Shown in pieces: positions 1 through 7,340 of a stretch of 43,215 nt of DNA. The position numbers and the translations under genes were made by a program. Position 1 is the first letter of the stretch. The number at the start of each line of letters is the position of its first letter. The DNA comes from a virus (lineage: Duplodnaviria; Caudoviricetes): positions 1 through 43,215 of the IMG/VR virus record IMGVR_UViG_3300044475_000022, one strand, 5' to 3'. The notes under the pieces were generated by a model. It made no database searches and had not been told where the DNA came from. It saw nothing but the letters and a program-made list of their open reading frames with translations.

Positions 1-310
1 TTTGCGAATTCGACCCGATCCACTCAAGCCAAATTGCCCAATTTTCCACAGCTGGATGTGCTATCCATGCCCTTGTTCCAAACTTTGGCTCTACTGTCTC
101 AGGCGCGACGCACTCGACGCCGTTGACGGTCACTGTGCGCGGCGCGAGGCGGTATCGGTCTGCATGGTATGCATTGCCATCAGCAACAGCAATCAATAGA
201 TCGCTGGAGTCTTCATTAGCCCACGATCCATTGCTTAATTGGACCTGAACTGCCTCCCCATCTGCAATCCATCGCAGAACCTGCGCGTACTTGTGCTCTT
301 GCTTGCTCAT
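1..310 (-). CDS. hypothetical phage protein, 5' part of the gene spanning the circular junction (alternative C-terminus in 1-96, no stop in window)
   Basis: ATG at 310 overlaps the upstream stop (ATGA); MSKQEHKYAQVLRWIADGEAVQVQ...RYRLAPRTVTVNGVECVAPE is continuous with ORF 42898-43188. Confidence 0.75.
   Translation of the reverse strand, partial: MSKQEHKYAQVLRWIADGEAVQVQLSNGSWANEDSSDLLIAVADGNAYHADRYRLAPRTVTVNGVECVAPETVEPKFGTRAWIAHPAVENWAIWLEWIGSNSQ
97..223. repeat. 127-bp direct repeat, copy 1 (circularisation/assembly overlap)
   Basis: 97-223 (tctcaggcgcgacg...cattagccca) is identical to 43089-43215; 127 is a common assembler k-mer. Confidence 0.9.
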
Positions 311-798
311 TGAGTTTTCTCCTTGGGTTTGCGGAACCATGATGGCTTAGCTACTCGCAAGCGGTCTTCGTGCTTTTGAGGAAGGGTCTTCCATCGATAG
401 GTTGATATAGGGGCTAGGCCAAGCATCTCTGCAAGTTTTTTTCTTCCACCTGCAAGTTCTATGAAGTCCTGAATATTCCCATCCAAATCATCATTGCTCT
501 GAGGAACATGATGAGAGTTTTTGGATATGAATAAAGCGGTTGAGCAAACTTCATCGAATACAAGTCCTCTAAACCACTCCCTCAGATAACACTCATCAGC
601 CTTTGACCTGCACCATTCGATAAGCCGAAGCTCGCACAGGCTTGAGTTGCCGTTTAAAGGAATGATTTGACTATCAACCTTTGAAATCCCAGCGCATGAA
701 AGTCTGATTTCGTGATCTTCAATTCTTTTTTCTGGTGATTTTGACCTTCCAACTTTTACAAGGCCATCCGAAAAAAGAACTGCGTATAGGTAGTTCAT
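307..798 (-). CDS. GIY-YIG/T5orf172-like domain fused to C-terminal Cro-like HTH
   Basis: YLYAVLFSDGLVKVGRSKSPEKR...EWF motif; C-terminal AGGRKKLAEMLGLAPISTYRW...LRVAKPSWF; start at 798 coupled to cro stop, with GGAG RBS. Confidence 0.65.
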   Translation of the reverse strand: MNYLYAVLFSDGLVKVGRSKSPEKRIEDHEIRLSCAGISKVDSQIIPLNGNSSLCELRLIEWCRSKADECYLREWFRGLVFDEVCSTALFISKNSHHVPQSNDDLDGNIQDFIELAGGRKKLAEMLGLAPISTYRWKTLPQKHEDRLRVAKPSWFRKPKEKTQ

Positions 799-986
799 TT
801 CTTCTCCTTTGGTGCATAGAACCACTCGGGCCTAACTGCCCTTAGCTGCCACTCTCGACCAGGCGGAATGTTTTTTTCATCGCTCCAGTTAGAGATGGCA
901 TTTGTGGTGATTCCAAGGATGCGCGCCAAGTTGGCGATGCTTCCTGCTTTGTGAATTGCTTCGGCTTTAGTCATGGGGTCAATCAT
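795..986 (-). CDS. cro: Cro-like HTH transcriptional regulator
   Basis: 63 aa, AGSIANLARILGITTNAISNW...IPPGREWQL typical of Cro/YdaS; first gene of the leftward operon. Confidence 0.8.
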   Translation of the reverse strand: MIDPMTKAEAIHKAGSIANLARILGITTNAISNWSDEKNIPPGREWQLRAVRPEWFYAPKEKK

Positions 987-998
987 GCACCAAAAAAC

Positions 999-1069
999 GT
1001 AAGTCTCCTAACCGTAACCCACATTACTTTGTCGGGTATTTGCTTGCATGATCGCGTAAGCTCGATTAC
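999..1069. promoter_or_regulatory. three putative operator sites GTAA-N6-TTAC
   Basis: gtaa-gtctcc-taac 999-1012 (imperfect), gtaa-cccaca-ttac 1014-1027, gtaa-gctcga-ttac 1056-1069, in the divergent intergenic region. Confidence 0.55.
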
Positions 1070-1072
1070 AGT
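1044..1072 (+). promoter_or_regulatory. sigma70-type early promoter
   Basis: TTGCAT (1044-1049), 17 bp, TACAGT (1067-1072); an operator overlaps the -10. Confidence 0.65.
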
Positions 1073-1278
1073 TCATCCATCGCAGCAAACGCGATGACCG
1101 CTTAGACCACATCGACCCAAGATGATGCGAGCGCGAGGGGTGAGGATGATTTGAGCCAAGGCGCATCGACGCCAAACGATTTCAAGTGGCCCCGAGAGGG
1201 GTGATCTGCCACACGATGCAGACACAAACCAGAGCGCATTAGAGATAGTGTGCTGCGGTTTGATAAGTAGGAAGAAAC

Positions 1279-1527
1279 ATGCATACATACACCAATCCGT
1301 TCCACAAAATCCACTACACGGTCTCCAAGCCTGTAATCACCGACAGCGGCACGCCCATGGAGTACCGGGGGCATCTGATCTTCAAGAAGTCGGCACAGCA
1401 CTTTGATGTGGTCAAAGATGGAGTTCTGGTTAGTCAGATGGCTGGTCCAAACGGAGCTATGCAAGCCATTGACAAGCTGGAAGCGAACCAAGCAATAACC
1501 AAAGGCGCGCAGATGGAGTGCATCTGA
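1279..1527 (+). CDS. hypothetical protein
   Basis: 82-aa ORF with AGGA RBS, first gene after the early promoter. Confidence 0.7.
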   Translation: MHTYTNPFHKIHYTVSKPVITDSGTPMEYRGHLIFKKSAQHFDVVKDGVLVSQMAGPNGAMQAIDKLEANQAITKGAQMECI

Positions 1528-1630
1528 TCAAGGATGTGATTTTTATTTACTGGAGCAAATCATGTAGACTACGGCCAGCGCGAGCCTATCGCGCCGCCAA
1601 ATCACTGCTGGCGTTAAAGGCAGTGCCATG

Positions 1631-1776
1631 ACAGATAGGGAATGCGCGGGCTGACGCGACAGGCGTGGAAACAATGGGGATGGATACATCCTAGGCCGTA
1701 CCCGTAAGGGCTAGACGGCTGCCATGAAAACATGGGCTATTCCCTGAGCCGGAGATCAGCACCGGCCCCTATCTGT
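1631..1776 (+). ncRNA. tRNA-like structured RNA, unit 1
   Basis: 10-bp closing stem acagataggg/ccctatctgt; D-like hairpin 1645-1658; CAGG/CCTG stem enclosing three hairpins; T-like arm GCCGG-agatcagca-CCGGC directly before the 3' strand. Confidence 0.6.
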
Positions 1777-1887
1777 GATGGCGTGACAGGTACTTGCCCA
1801 CCTGCAAACAGTGAAAGTCTGCTCGCAACGGAACTTGTTAGTAATGTTGTGAGGTGTTGGGAGCCGGGGCGAACACGGCGGCTATCA
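1776..1887 (+). ncRNA. tRNA-like structured RNA, unit 2
   Basis: closing stem tgatggc/gctatca; D-like caggt-acttgccc-acctg; middle stem ctcgcaac/gttgtgag; T-like GCCG-gggcgaaca-CGGC. Confidence 0.5.
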
Positions 1888-1914
1888 TGACCACCTCGGG
1901 AAAGTAGCGAGGAT

Positions 1915-2040
1915 CATCATTGAAGCGGCGGCGTGGATGGACACGCGGACGCAAAGCAACGATAGCCGAAACAGTGCGCATACATATCGTTGCTGCGGTC
2001 TTGGCATAGCTGGTATCAAGCCCAGCCCGCTTCAATGATG
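1915..2040 (+). ncRNA. tRNA-like structured RNA, unit 3
   Basis: perfect 14-bp closing stem catcattgaagcgg/ccgcttcaatgatg; D-like gcgtg-gatgga-cacgc; 10-bp middle stem agcaacgata/tatcgttgct; T-like GCTGG-tatcaagc-CCAGC. Confidence 0.65.
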
Positions 2041-2158
2041 GTGAAAGCGTAGTTGCGATGCGCGGCTAAAGCGAAAGTTGTACGGGCAACCCCATATTCC
2101 CGTAAACATAAGCAGATGGCGTATTGGGAAAGCCGGACAAGCAACCGGCCACCATCAT
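2035..2158 (+). ncRNA. tRNA-like structured RNA, unit 4
   Basis: 9-bp closing stem atgatggtg/caccatcat; D-like gcgta-gttgcga-tgcgc; middle stem tacggg/cccgta; T-like GCCGG-acaagcaa-CCGGC. Confidence 0.6.
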
Positions 2159-2166
2159 CCATTTCC

Positions 2167-2241
2167 AGCCGTGCCTGGGTTCATCCTCCCTCCCTCCCTC
2201 TCTTCTCTTCCCCAGGCGCGCCGCAAGGCACCGGCTTTTTT
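2167..2241 (+). ncRNA. hairpin RNA with CU-rich (anti-Shine-Dalgarno-like) loop and U-tail
   Basis: stem gtgcctggg/cccaggcgc around loop ttcatcctccctccctccctctcttctcttc; gcc-gcaa-ggc hairpin; closing agcc/ggct followed by a T-run. Confidence 0.45.
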
Positions 2242-2249
2242 CTTCCAAC

Positions 2250-2281
2250 AACCCGCTCTGAGCAATCACGGCGGGTTTTTT
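2250..2281 (+). terminator. intrinsic terminator
   Basis: aacccgc...gcgggtt stem followed by a T-run. Confidence 0.7.
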
Positions 2282-2296
2282 CTTTCTGGAGTTTGT

Positions 2297-2680
2297 ATGA
2301 ACCTACCAAATCGGTACTTTGGGATAACTGACAAACCTTGCGACGACGCCGCGCGCTTTGAACAAGATCAAGCTGACTACGACGAATTTTGCGAAAAGGC
2401 GCTGATCGGAGCGCGCAATCTTGTTTTGAAAGACTTGCAGACCATCACCAAACCTAGCGACTGGTTTAAAAGCACGTTTCACGGCGGAAACTGTGCCGAT
2501 GAAATCCTGAGCGAAGGCATGAGCAGTAGCGACGACATTGCAGACGCCTACGCAGAATTCATGGTGTCGCCATCGGCAGAAGCCAAAGACAAGATGCTGC
2601 GCGCGATGGCTGACTGGTTCGGCAAGATGCACGCGCTGGAAATCTACAGCGACCACTTGCAGGCGTTGGGCGATGACTGA
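2297..2680 (+). CDS. hypothetical protein
   Basis: ATG at 2297 with GGAG RBS; the upstream part of the listed ORF lies in the structured RNA region. Confidence 0.7.
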   Translation: MNLPNRYFGITDKPCDDAARFEQDQADYDEFCEKALIGARNLVLKDLQTITKPSDWFKSTFHGGNCADEILSEGMSSSDDIADAYAEFMVSPSAEAKDKMLRAMADWFGKMHALEIYSDHLQALGDD

Positions 2681-2813
2681 CCTTTACCCCGGACTGGCTG
2701 AATCCGACTTCAGCCAGCAAGACCAAGCAACCTACCCCGAGCCGCTGCCACCAGAGACTGTGCGCGCGCTGCTGGGCCCTACTGAACACGAACACCAAGC
2801 GGAGGCTATCTAG
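2673..2813 (+). CDS. hypothetical protein
   Basis: MTDLYPGLAESDF..., overlaps the previous stop. Confidence 0.5.
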   Translation: MTDLYPGLAESDFSQQDQATYPEPLPPETVRALLGPTEHEHQAEAI

Positions 2814-2815
2814 CC

Positions 2816-2950
2816 ATGCGATTCCTAATCAAAGTAGACGGCAGCGTGACGGAAGGAGAATTCCAGAGCGCACAGGAAGCCTTTGAGGCAACAGCAACCA
2901 CACACCCCGAGGCGCGAAGCATTGGGGTTTTTTGTTTGAGGGATGAATGA
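2816..2950 (+). CDS. small hypothetical protein (44 aa, not in ORF track)
   Basis: MRFLIKVDGSVTEGEFQSAQEAFEATATTHPEARSIGVFCLRDE; GGAGG upstream; fills the gap, coupled to the next gene. Confidence 0.55.
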   Translation: MRFLIKVDGSVTEGEFQSAQEAFEATATTHPEARSIGVFCLRDE

Positions 2951-3330
2951 TGAGTGAAGCAAACAAAACAGCGCACGCATGGCAGCAGTCGAAGTGCAAA
3001 GTGGCAATGTGGAGTTCTGGCGCTCCTTCTGGATTGTGTGGAGAGAAGGCGTTCGGTGAACAGCTGCCAAGCGAATACTTGGCAAACACACGCGGGAATG
3101 GTGATCGGCCGTATTGCTTTGGTCATGCTTGCCCAAGCCATGGCGGCCCAAAAGAAGACGAAATCAGAATCTTCTCGGACGGATTTACAGAAGAAGGTCG
3201 CCAAATGTGGTGCGCTGTGATGTCGGACTTTGAAAACCTACAGGAAAGCCATGCCGGTTTTGACGGGAATCCGGTACGTGCCGCGCAGAAACTCCGCGCT
3301 GCCATCGCCAAAGCAACAGGACAAGATTAA
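2947..3330 (+). CDS. hypothetical protein
   Basis: coupled start; C-terminal LRAAIAKATG motif common in phage early proteins. Confidence 0.7.
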   Translation: MMSEANKTAHAWQQSKCKVAMWSSGAPSGLCGEKAFGEQLPSEYLANTRGNGDRPYCFGHACPSHGGPKEDEIRIFSDGFTEEGRQMWCAVMSDFENLQESHAGFDGNPVRAAQKLRAAIAKATGQD

Positions 3331-3340
3331 GGAGAGAGAA

Positions 3341-3583
3341 ATGAGCCGACACCCATACACATATGCATGCGACTTTATTCGTGGGCTTGGCCCGGTTGGG
3401 GCAGGTGGAGTAGTTCTAAGTCGGGCGGATGCATCGCAAATCCGCCAAGGAATTGCAGCAGCCATCGGAATGGATGATGAAGAATTGGCTATGAAGCTTT
3501 CTATCGCGGAGCAGAGTAAGACCGAGGAACAGCGCGAAGAACAAGTTACACGATTGATTAATTGTCTAAATTTCACACGATGA
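3341..3583 (+). CDS. hypothetical protein
   Basis: AAGGAG RBS, MSRHPYTYACDFIR... Confidence 0.7.
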   Translation: MSRHPYTYACDFIRGLGPVGAGGVVLSRADASQIRQGIAAAIGMDDEELAMKLSIAEQSKTEEQREEQVTRLINCLNFTR

Positions 3584-3732
3584 CCGTTCCAATCCAACTC
3601 CAGCGCCTCCCCAAGCGCAAGAAGCCCGCCAAGCTGCGGGCTTTGTTTTGGGTGATAGCCGTACCTTGCATCGCCATCTTCTGCGCTGGCTTGATTGCCA
3701 AGTGCACGCCTAATCCTGCTTTCCCACTGTGA
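3580..3732 (+). CDS. small membrane protein (50 aa, not in ORF track)
   Basis: MTVPIQLQRLPKRKKPAKLRALFWVIAVPCIAIFCAGLIAKC...; basic stretch then one TM helix; ATGA coupling. Confidence 0.5.
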   Translation: MTVPIQLQRLPKRKKPAKLRALFWVIAVPCIAIFCAGLIAKCTPNPAFPL

Positions 3733-3739
3733 GAGAAAT

Positions 3740-4531
3740 ATGAGCAACCAAACCGAAATCATTGAGGCAGAAGCCATCAAGCCAAAACCATCAGCTATCG
3801 CACTGGCAGAGAACTCGCCGGCCGCAATGATGATGGCGGCCATGGATCGTGGCGCGAGTCTGGAGCAGATTGAAAAGATGATGGACCTGCAGGACCGATG
3901 GGAAGCCAAAGAGGCAGAGAAGGCATACAACGCAGCTTTCGCGGCGTTCAAGGCCGAGGCAGTCGTCATCATCAAGGCCAAGCAAGTGACGGATGGGCCT
4001 TTGCGCGGCAAGAGCTATGCGGAGCTGCACGACGTTGTTCATGCTGTGACGCCCGCCCTGTCCAAGCATGGCCTTAGCACTTCTTGGAAACTGACGCGCG
4101 ACGAGCCTACATGGCTGGAAGTGACTTGCACGCTGAAGCACGTTGGCGGCCACAGCGAGTCTGTCAGCATGGGCGGCCCACCTGATGCTGGTGGCGCAAA
4201 GAATGCACTTCAGGCGCGCGCCAGCACAAAGAGCTACTTGGAGCGCTACACACTCAAGGCGGTGTGCGGTGTTGCAGAGGGCGGCGACGATACTGATGGC
4301 GCGTTGTATGAGCAGCCGCAACAAAACCGCGCGCCGGCGCTTGACCCATCCGAGGACATTGCAGCAGTGCAAAAGACAACCACGGATACAGAAGCTGCTG
4401 CCTACTGGAAGCAGCACCAGGCCAAGTATCGCGAGGATGCCGCCGCGCACGCTGAGTTCAAAAACGCGGTGATTGACCACCGCATGAACCTGAAGGCCGC
4501 GCAAGTTACCGATGTGGAGGTGAAGGAATGA
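3740..4531 (+). CDS. erf: ERF-family single-strand annealing protein
   Basis: AYNAAFAAFK...KSYAELHDVVHAVTPALSKHGL...VTCTLKHVGGHSES...KNALQARASTKSYLERYTL...DDTDG ERF motifs. Confidence 0.85.
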   Translation: MSNQTEIIEAEAIKPKPSAIALAENSPAAMMMAAMDRGASLEQIEKMMDLQDRWEAKEAEKAYNAAFAAFKAEAVVIIKAKQVTDGPLRGKSYAELHDVVHAVTPALSKHGLSTSWKLTRDEPTWLEVTCTLKHVGGHSESVSMGGPPDAGGAKNALQARASTKSYLERYTLKAVCGVAEGGDDTDGALYEQPQQNRAPALDPSEDIAAVQKTTTDTEAAAYWKQHQAKYREDAAAHAEFKNAVIDHRMNLKAAQVTDVEVKE

Positions 4532-4728
4532 AGATTTACGCAGTTTTCCGTAGATTTGCGCGCGGCATGTTTGGTAGTGCAGACTTCCACTTCTACAAAG
4601 CATTTGCCAGCAAGGCTGACGCTAAGGCTTTTTGCGACAAGAAAAATGCAAACGCAGGCTGCTCGTATGTGTACGGTGTGAAATCTATTTCTGTCATCCA
4701 CGACTCCAGCAAGGAATACAAGGCATGA
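4528..4728 (+). CDS. hypothetical protein
   Basis: coupled at both ends (ATGA overlaps). Confidence 0.65.
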   Translation: MKIYAVFRRFARGMFGSADFHFYKAFASKADAKAFCDKKNANAGCSYVYGVKSISVIHDSSKEYKA

Positions 4729-5465
4729 CGAAGTTCCTGATTCGATGCAGCAGCCTGTCTAGCATCATGGCCGATCCGGTTTCGTATCCACGCGAAACCA
4801 TGACCGATGATGAGCTGGCTGCGCTGGCGTCAAAGAAGCGCACGCCGGAGCAGGTAGCCATGTTGGAAGCAGTAATGACGCGCACATTGTCCGAAGGCGC
4901 GAAGGAGCATGTTCACAAGCTGGTGAAGCGCCACCTGTTTGACTACCCAGAGCCAGAGCTTGGAAGCAAGGAGGTGAAGAAGGGGATCATGCAGGAGAAC
5001 GTGGCTATTGACCTTTTGAGCCGAGTGACTGGCGAGCTTTACGTCAAGAACATCATTCGACTTGAAAATGACTTCTTGACCGGCGAACCCGACCTGCTAG
5101 CCGATGACCACGGAAACGACACCAAATGCCCTTGGAGCTGGGAGCAGTTCCCGCTGACTTCTAGCATTGCGAGAAGGTACGCAATCGCGGCGGGCTACGA
5201 ATGGCAAAACCGTGGGTACATGCTGCTGACTGGTTTGCCAAAGTGGGCCACGTCTTACTGCATGGTTGATACGCCGTCTGAATTGATGCCGCCATGGGAG
5301 AACCCAGATGCTCACAACCTGCACGGCATCAACATCGAGCAGCGCGTAACCACCGTGTGGTTTGAGCGCGACCTAGAAATTGAAAAGCGCATCGAGCAGA
5401 AGTGCCGCGCCGCCCAGGCATACGCGCACGAGCTGATAGCGCAATTCCACAAGGAAAAGCAATAG
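4725..5465 (+). CDS. YqaJ/lambda-exonuclease-like PD-(D/E)XK nuclease
   Basis: IRCSSL, KGIMQE, TGEPDL...DTKCPWS, YEWQNRGYM motifs; adjacent to ERF. Confidence 0.75.
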   Translation: MTKFLIRCSSLSSIMADPVSYPRETMTDDELAALASKKRTPEQVAMLEAVMTRTLSEGAKEHVHKLVKRHLFDYPEPELGSKEVKKGIMQENVAIDLLSRVTGELYVKNIIRLENDFLTGEPDLLADDHGNDTKCPWSWEQFPLTSSIARRYAIAAGYEWQNRGYMLLTGLPKWATSYCMVDTPSELMPPWENPDAHNLHGINIEQRVTTVWFERDLEIEKRIEQKCRAAQAYAHELIAQFHKEKQ

Positions 5466-5473
5466 GGGTACAC

Positions 5474-5890
5474 ATGAGCACAAAACCTCGACCAAAACGG
5501 AACAAGGCTCCGCAAGCCAAGGTGCTGATGCAGCTTGCGCAAGACGAGGAAGCCATCGAATTCATCAAGCTCAACGCGCCCTATCTGTCAATGCAATCCA
5601 TGGAAACGGCGTTGGAGATTAGTGGACAGAAGATGAATGCGCTTGTCAAAATGGCTGGCGTGGATGTGTCTGAGGCTGGCAAGGAGCCGCGCGCCTATGA
5701 CATTGCCAAGGAGCTAGGTTTCCTTCCAATCGGCAAACAAGTTGAAGTTGTCGAAGACGGGAAAGTCGTCAAGCGCTGGGTAGGTGGCACAGTCATCGAG
5801 CAGTGGAAGCACGGGACATCGTTCCACCTACCCAGCGACATGCCAGGAATCACGCGCGTTACGCGGCACTTTGCCATGGGCGATGAGTAG
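5474..5890 (+). CDS. hypothetical protein
   Basis: AGGGG RBS, MSTKPRPKRNK... Confidence 0.65.
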   Translation: MSTKPRPKRNKAPQAKVLMQLAQDEEAIEFIKLNAPYLSMQSMETALEISGQKMNALVKMAGVDVSEAGKEPRAYDIAKELGFLPIGKQVEVVEDGKVVKRWVGGTVIEQWKHGTSFHLPSDMPGITRVTRHFAMGDE

Positions 5891-5904
5891 CCATCAAACA
5901 ACCC

Positions 5905-5932
5905 AAACCGCGCAACAGATTGCGCGGTTTTT
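5905..5932 (+). terminator. intrinsic terminator
   Basis: aaaccgcgcaa-caga-ttgcgcggttt followed by TT. Confidence 0.7.
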
Positions 5933-5971
5933 CACAAACACCAACCGACTATCGGTTAAAGAAAGAAAAAC

Positions 5972-6925
5972 ATGGCACAAGACAAGAACAGCATTTGCTG
6001 CAATGGCGATTGCAACCAGGGACGAACATGCCCGGTGCGGCTGGGCACGTATAAGCCAGTCGAAGCTGTGCATCAGATTGATGAGCCTCAAACACAACAA
6101 CACAAGGCACTAGCTCGCGCCGGATTGACAGCGATCAGGCTGGCGCGTGAGGGCGACCAGCACGCAGCGGAAACCATCCGCGCCCAGCAAGCCCGCATCA
6201 TTGAGCTGGAGCGCTGGCAGGAGGACGTGCGCAGCAATACCCCGCTGCTGGCCGAACTGCGGCGGGCCAACGCCCGTATGCAGGAGCTGGAGGCGTCCGA
6301 AAGCCGGACGATCGCCCAGCGCGATCACTGCGAAGAAGTTATCGACCGCATGGCTGATGCCGTGCTGGGCAAGGACCGCCACGAGTGGACCAGCGCCTAC
6401 GACTTCACGGACGCAGCTGCAGAGGTGGAAGACCGCATTGCCGAGCTGGAGAGCCGGATTACAGCAGCACCGCAGGCAATGCAGGCCGCCGTGCCGGATG
6501 GCTGGAAGCTGGTTCCAGTTGAGCCGACGCGGGAAATGCTAGACGCTTATGTCGCCGCAGATGGTCGCTTTCATTCTGGGCGCACTGACTGGGGGGTCAT
6601 GCTTAACGCAGCCCCCGCGCACCACGCAGAGGGAGTGCCAGCGCCAATGCTCGTGGCCCAACCCCATCACTGCACTGCGCGCACCGCTGACGGTTCTTGC
6701 GAAGAGTGCGAGGGGCACGCTCAGGCCATGGCCGAGTGGAATGCAGAGCGCGCCGCCATTGCCGCCACCCACCCCACCCAGCAGGGGATGGATGCGATAG
6801 CTGCACTGCAAAAAGTTCGAGACATTGCAGTATCAGCATTGTTGACAGGAAGTCTTGATCGCCAAGACTGGATTGATGACATGGATCGTATTGCAGCCCA
6901 AGCCAAGCAGGGAGGTGCAGCATGA
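5972..6925 (+). CDS. mosaic early protein (coiled coil plus Eaa/Ead-like segment)
   Basis: CCNGDCNQGRTCP N-terminus, heptad-rich middle, VPDGWKLVPVEPTREML motif. Confidence 0.7.
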   Translation: MAQDKNSICCNGDCNQGRTCPVRLGTYKPVEAVHQIDEPQTQQHKALARAGLTAIRLAREGDQHAAETIRAQQARIIELERWQEDVRSNTPLLAELRRANARMQELEASESRTIAQRDHCEEVIDRMADAVLGKDRHEWTSAYDFTDAAAEVEDRIAELESRITAAPQAMQAAVPDGWKLVPVEPTREMLDAYVAADGRFHSGRTDWGVMLNAAPAHHAEGVPAPMLVAQPHHCTARTADGSCEECEGHAQAMAEWNAERAAIAATHPTQQGMDAIAALQKVRDIAVSALLTGSLDRQDWIDDMDRIAAQAKQGGAA

Positions 6926-7332
6926 GCAAGACCGATCGACTGGCGCATGCAAACGCACTGATCAAAACCATCAGCGACCACGGGCACCGATTTTTCTACA
7001 ACGCCAAAACGGGCGCGATCGGAAAGCTTGAGCTTGATGCGCGTGGCCGGGTCTGGTGGATTGACGACTATCGGGGTGCGCGGATCTACACGGCCTACCC
7101 CGGGCGATGGCGCGGATTTAGTCATGGCGGCACCATGCGCGACCTAATCAGCGCCTTACGCAAATACATCCAGCACGGGGAGCTTCTGCACCCTGAGTAC
7201 ATCGCCCCCACGCGATGGGGGCCAGAAAACGGCGACCTTTGGGGGTACGGCGCTGAAGCGGCTGCTGCCGTGCGCGCCGAAGCGCATGCGTTACCCATGT
7301 TTAAGCGCGCCACCCAAGCAGCCAAGCAGTGA
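6922..7332 (+). CDS. hypothetical protein
   Basis: coupled start, GGAGG RBS; GRVWWIDDY...WRGFSHGGT. Confidence 0.75.
   Translation: MSKTDRLAHANALIKTISDHGHRFFYNAKTGAIGKLELDARGRVWWIDDYRGARIYTAYPGRWRGFSHGGTMRDLISALRKYIQHGELLHPEYIAPTRWGPENGDLWGYGAEAAAAVRAEAHALPMFKRATQAAKQ
7305..7329 (+). repeat. 25-bp gene-end repeat (inverted copy at 28138-28162; variant at 7694-7717)
   Basis: gcgcgccacccaagcagccaagcag is the exact reverse complement of 28138-28162. Confidence 0.85.
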
Positions 7333-7340
7333 GGGAAGCC

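Noticed and set aside
97-223. Biological terminal repeat or att site
   Set aside because: Length equals a standard assembler k-mer (127), it lies mid-gene, and no integrase was found
1631-2158. Canonical tRNA genes or a CRISPR array
   Set aside because: No TTCRA T-loop, no 7-nt anticodon loop and no CCA; units share structure, not identical direct repeats, and no cas genes were recognised
1838-2331. ORFs 1838-2035(-), 2053-2331(+), 2066-2269(-) and the 5' extension of 2078-2680
   Set aside because: No RBS, unusual composition, and they run through strong RNA stems and a terminator; the likely gene starts at 2297
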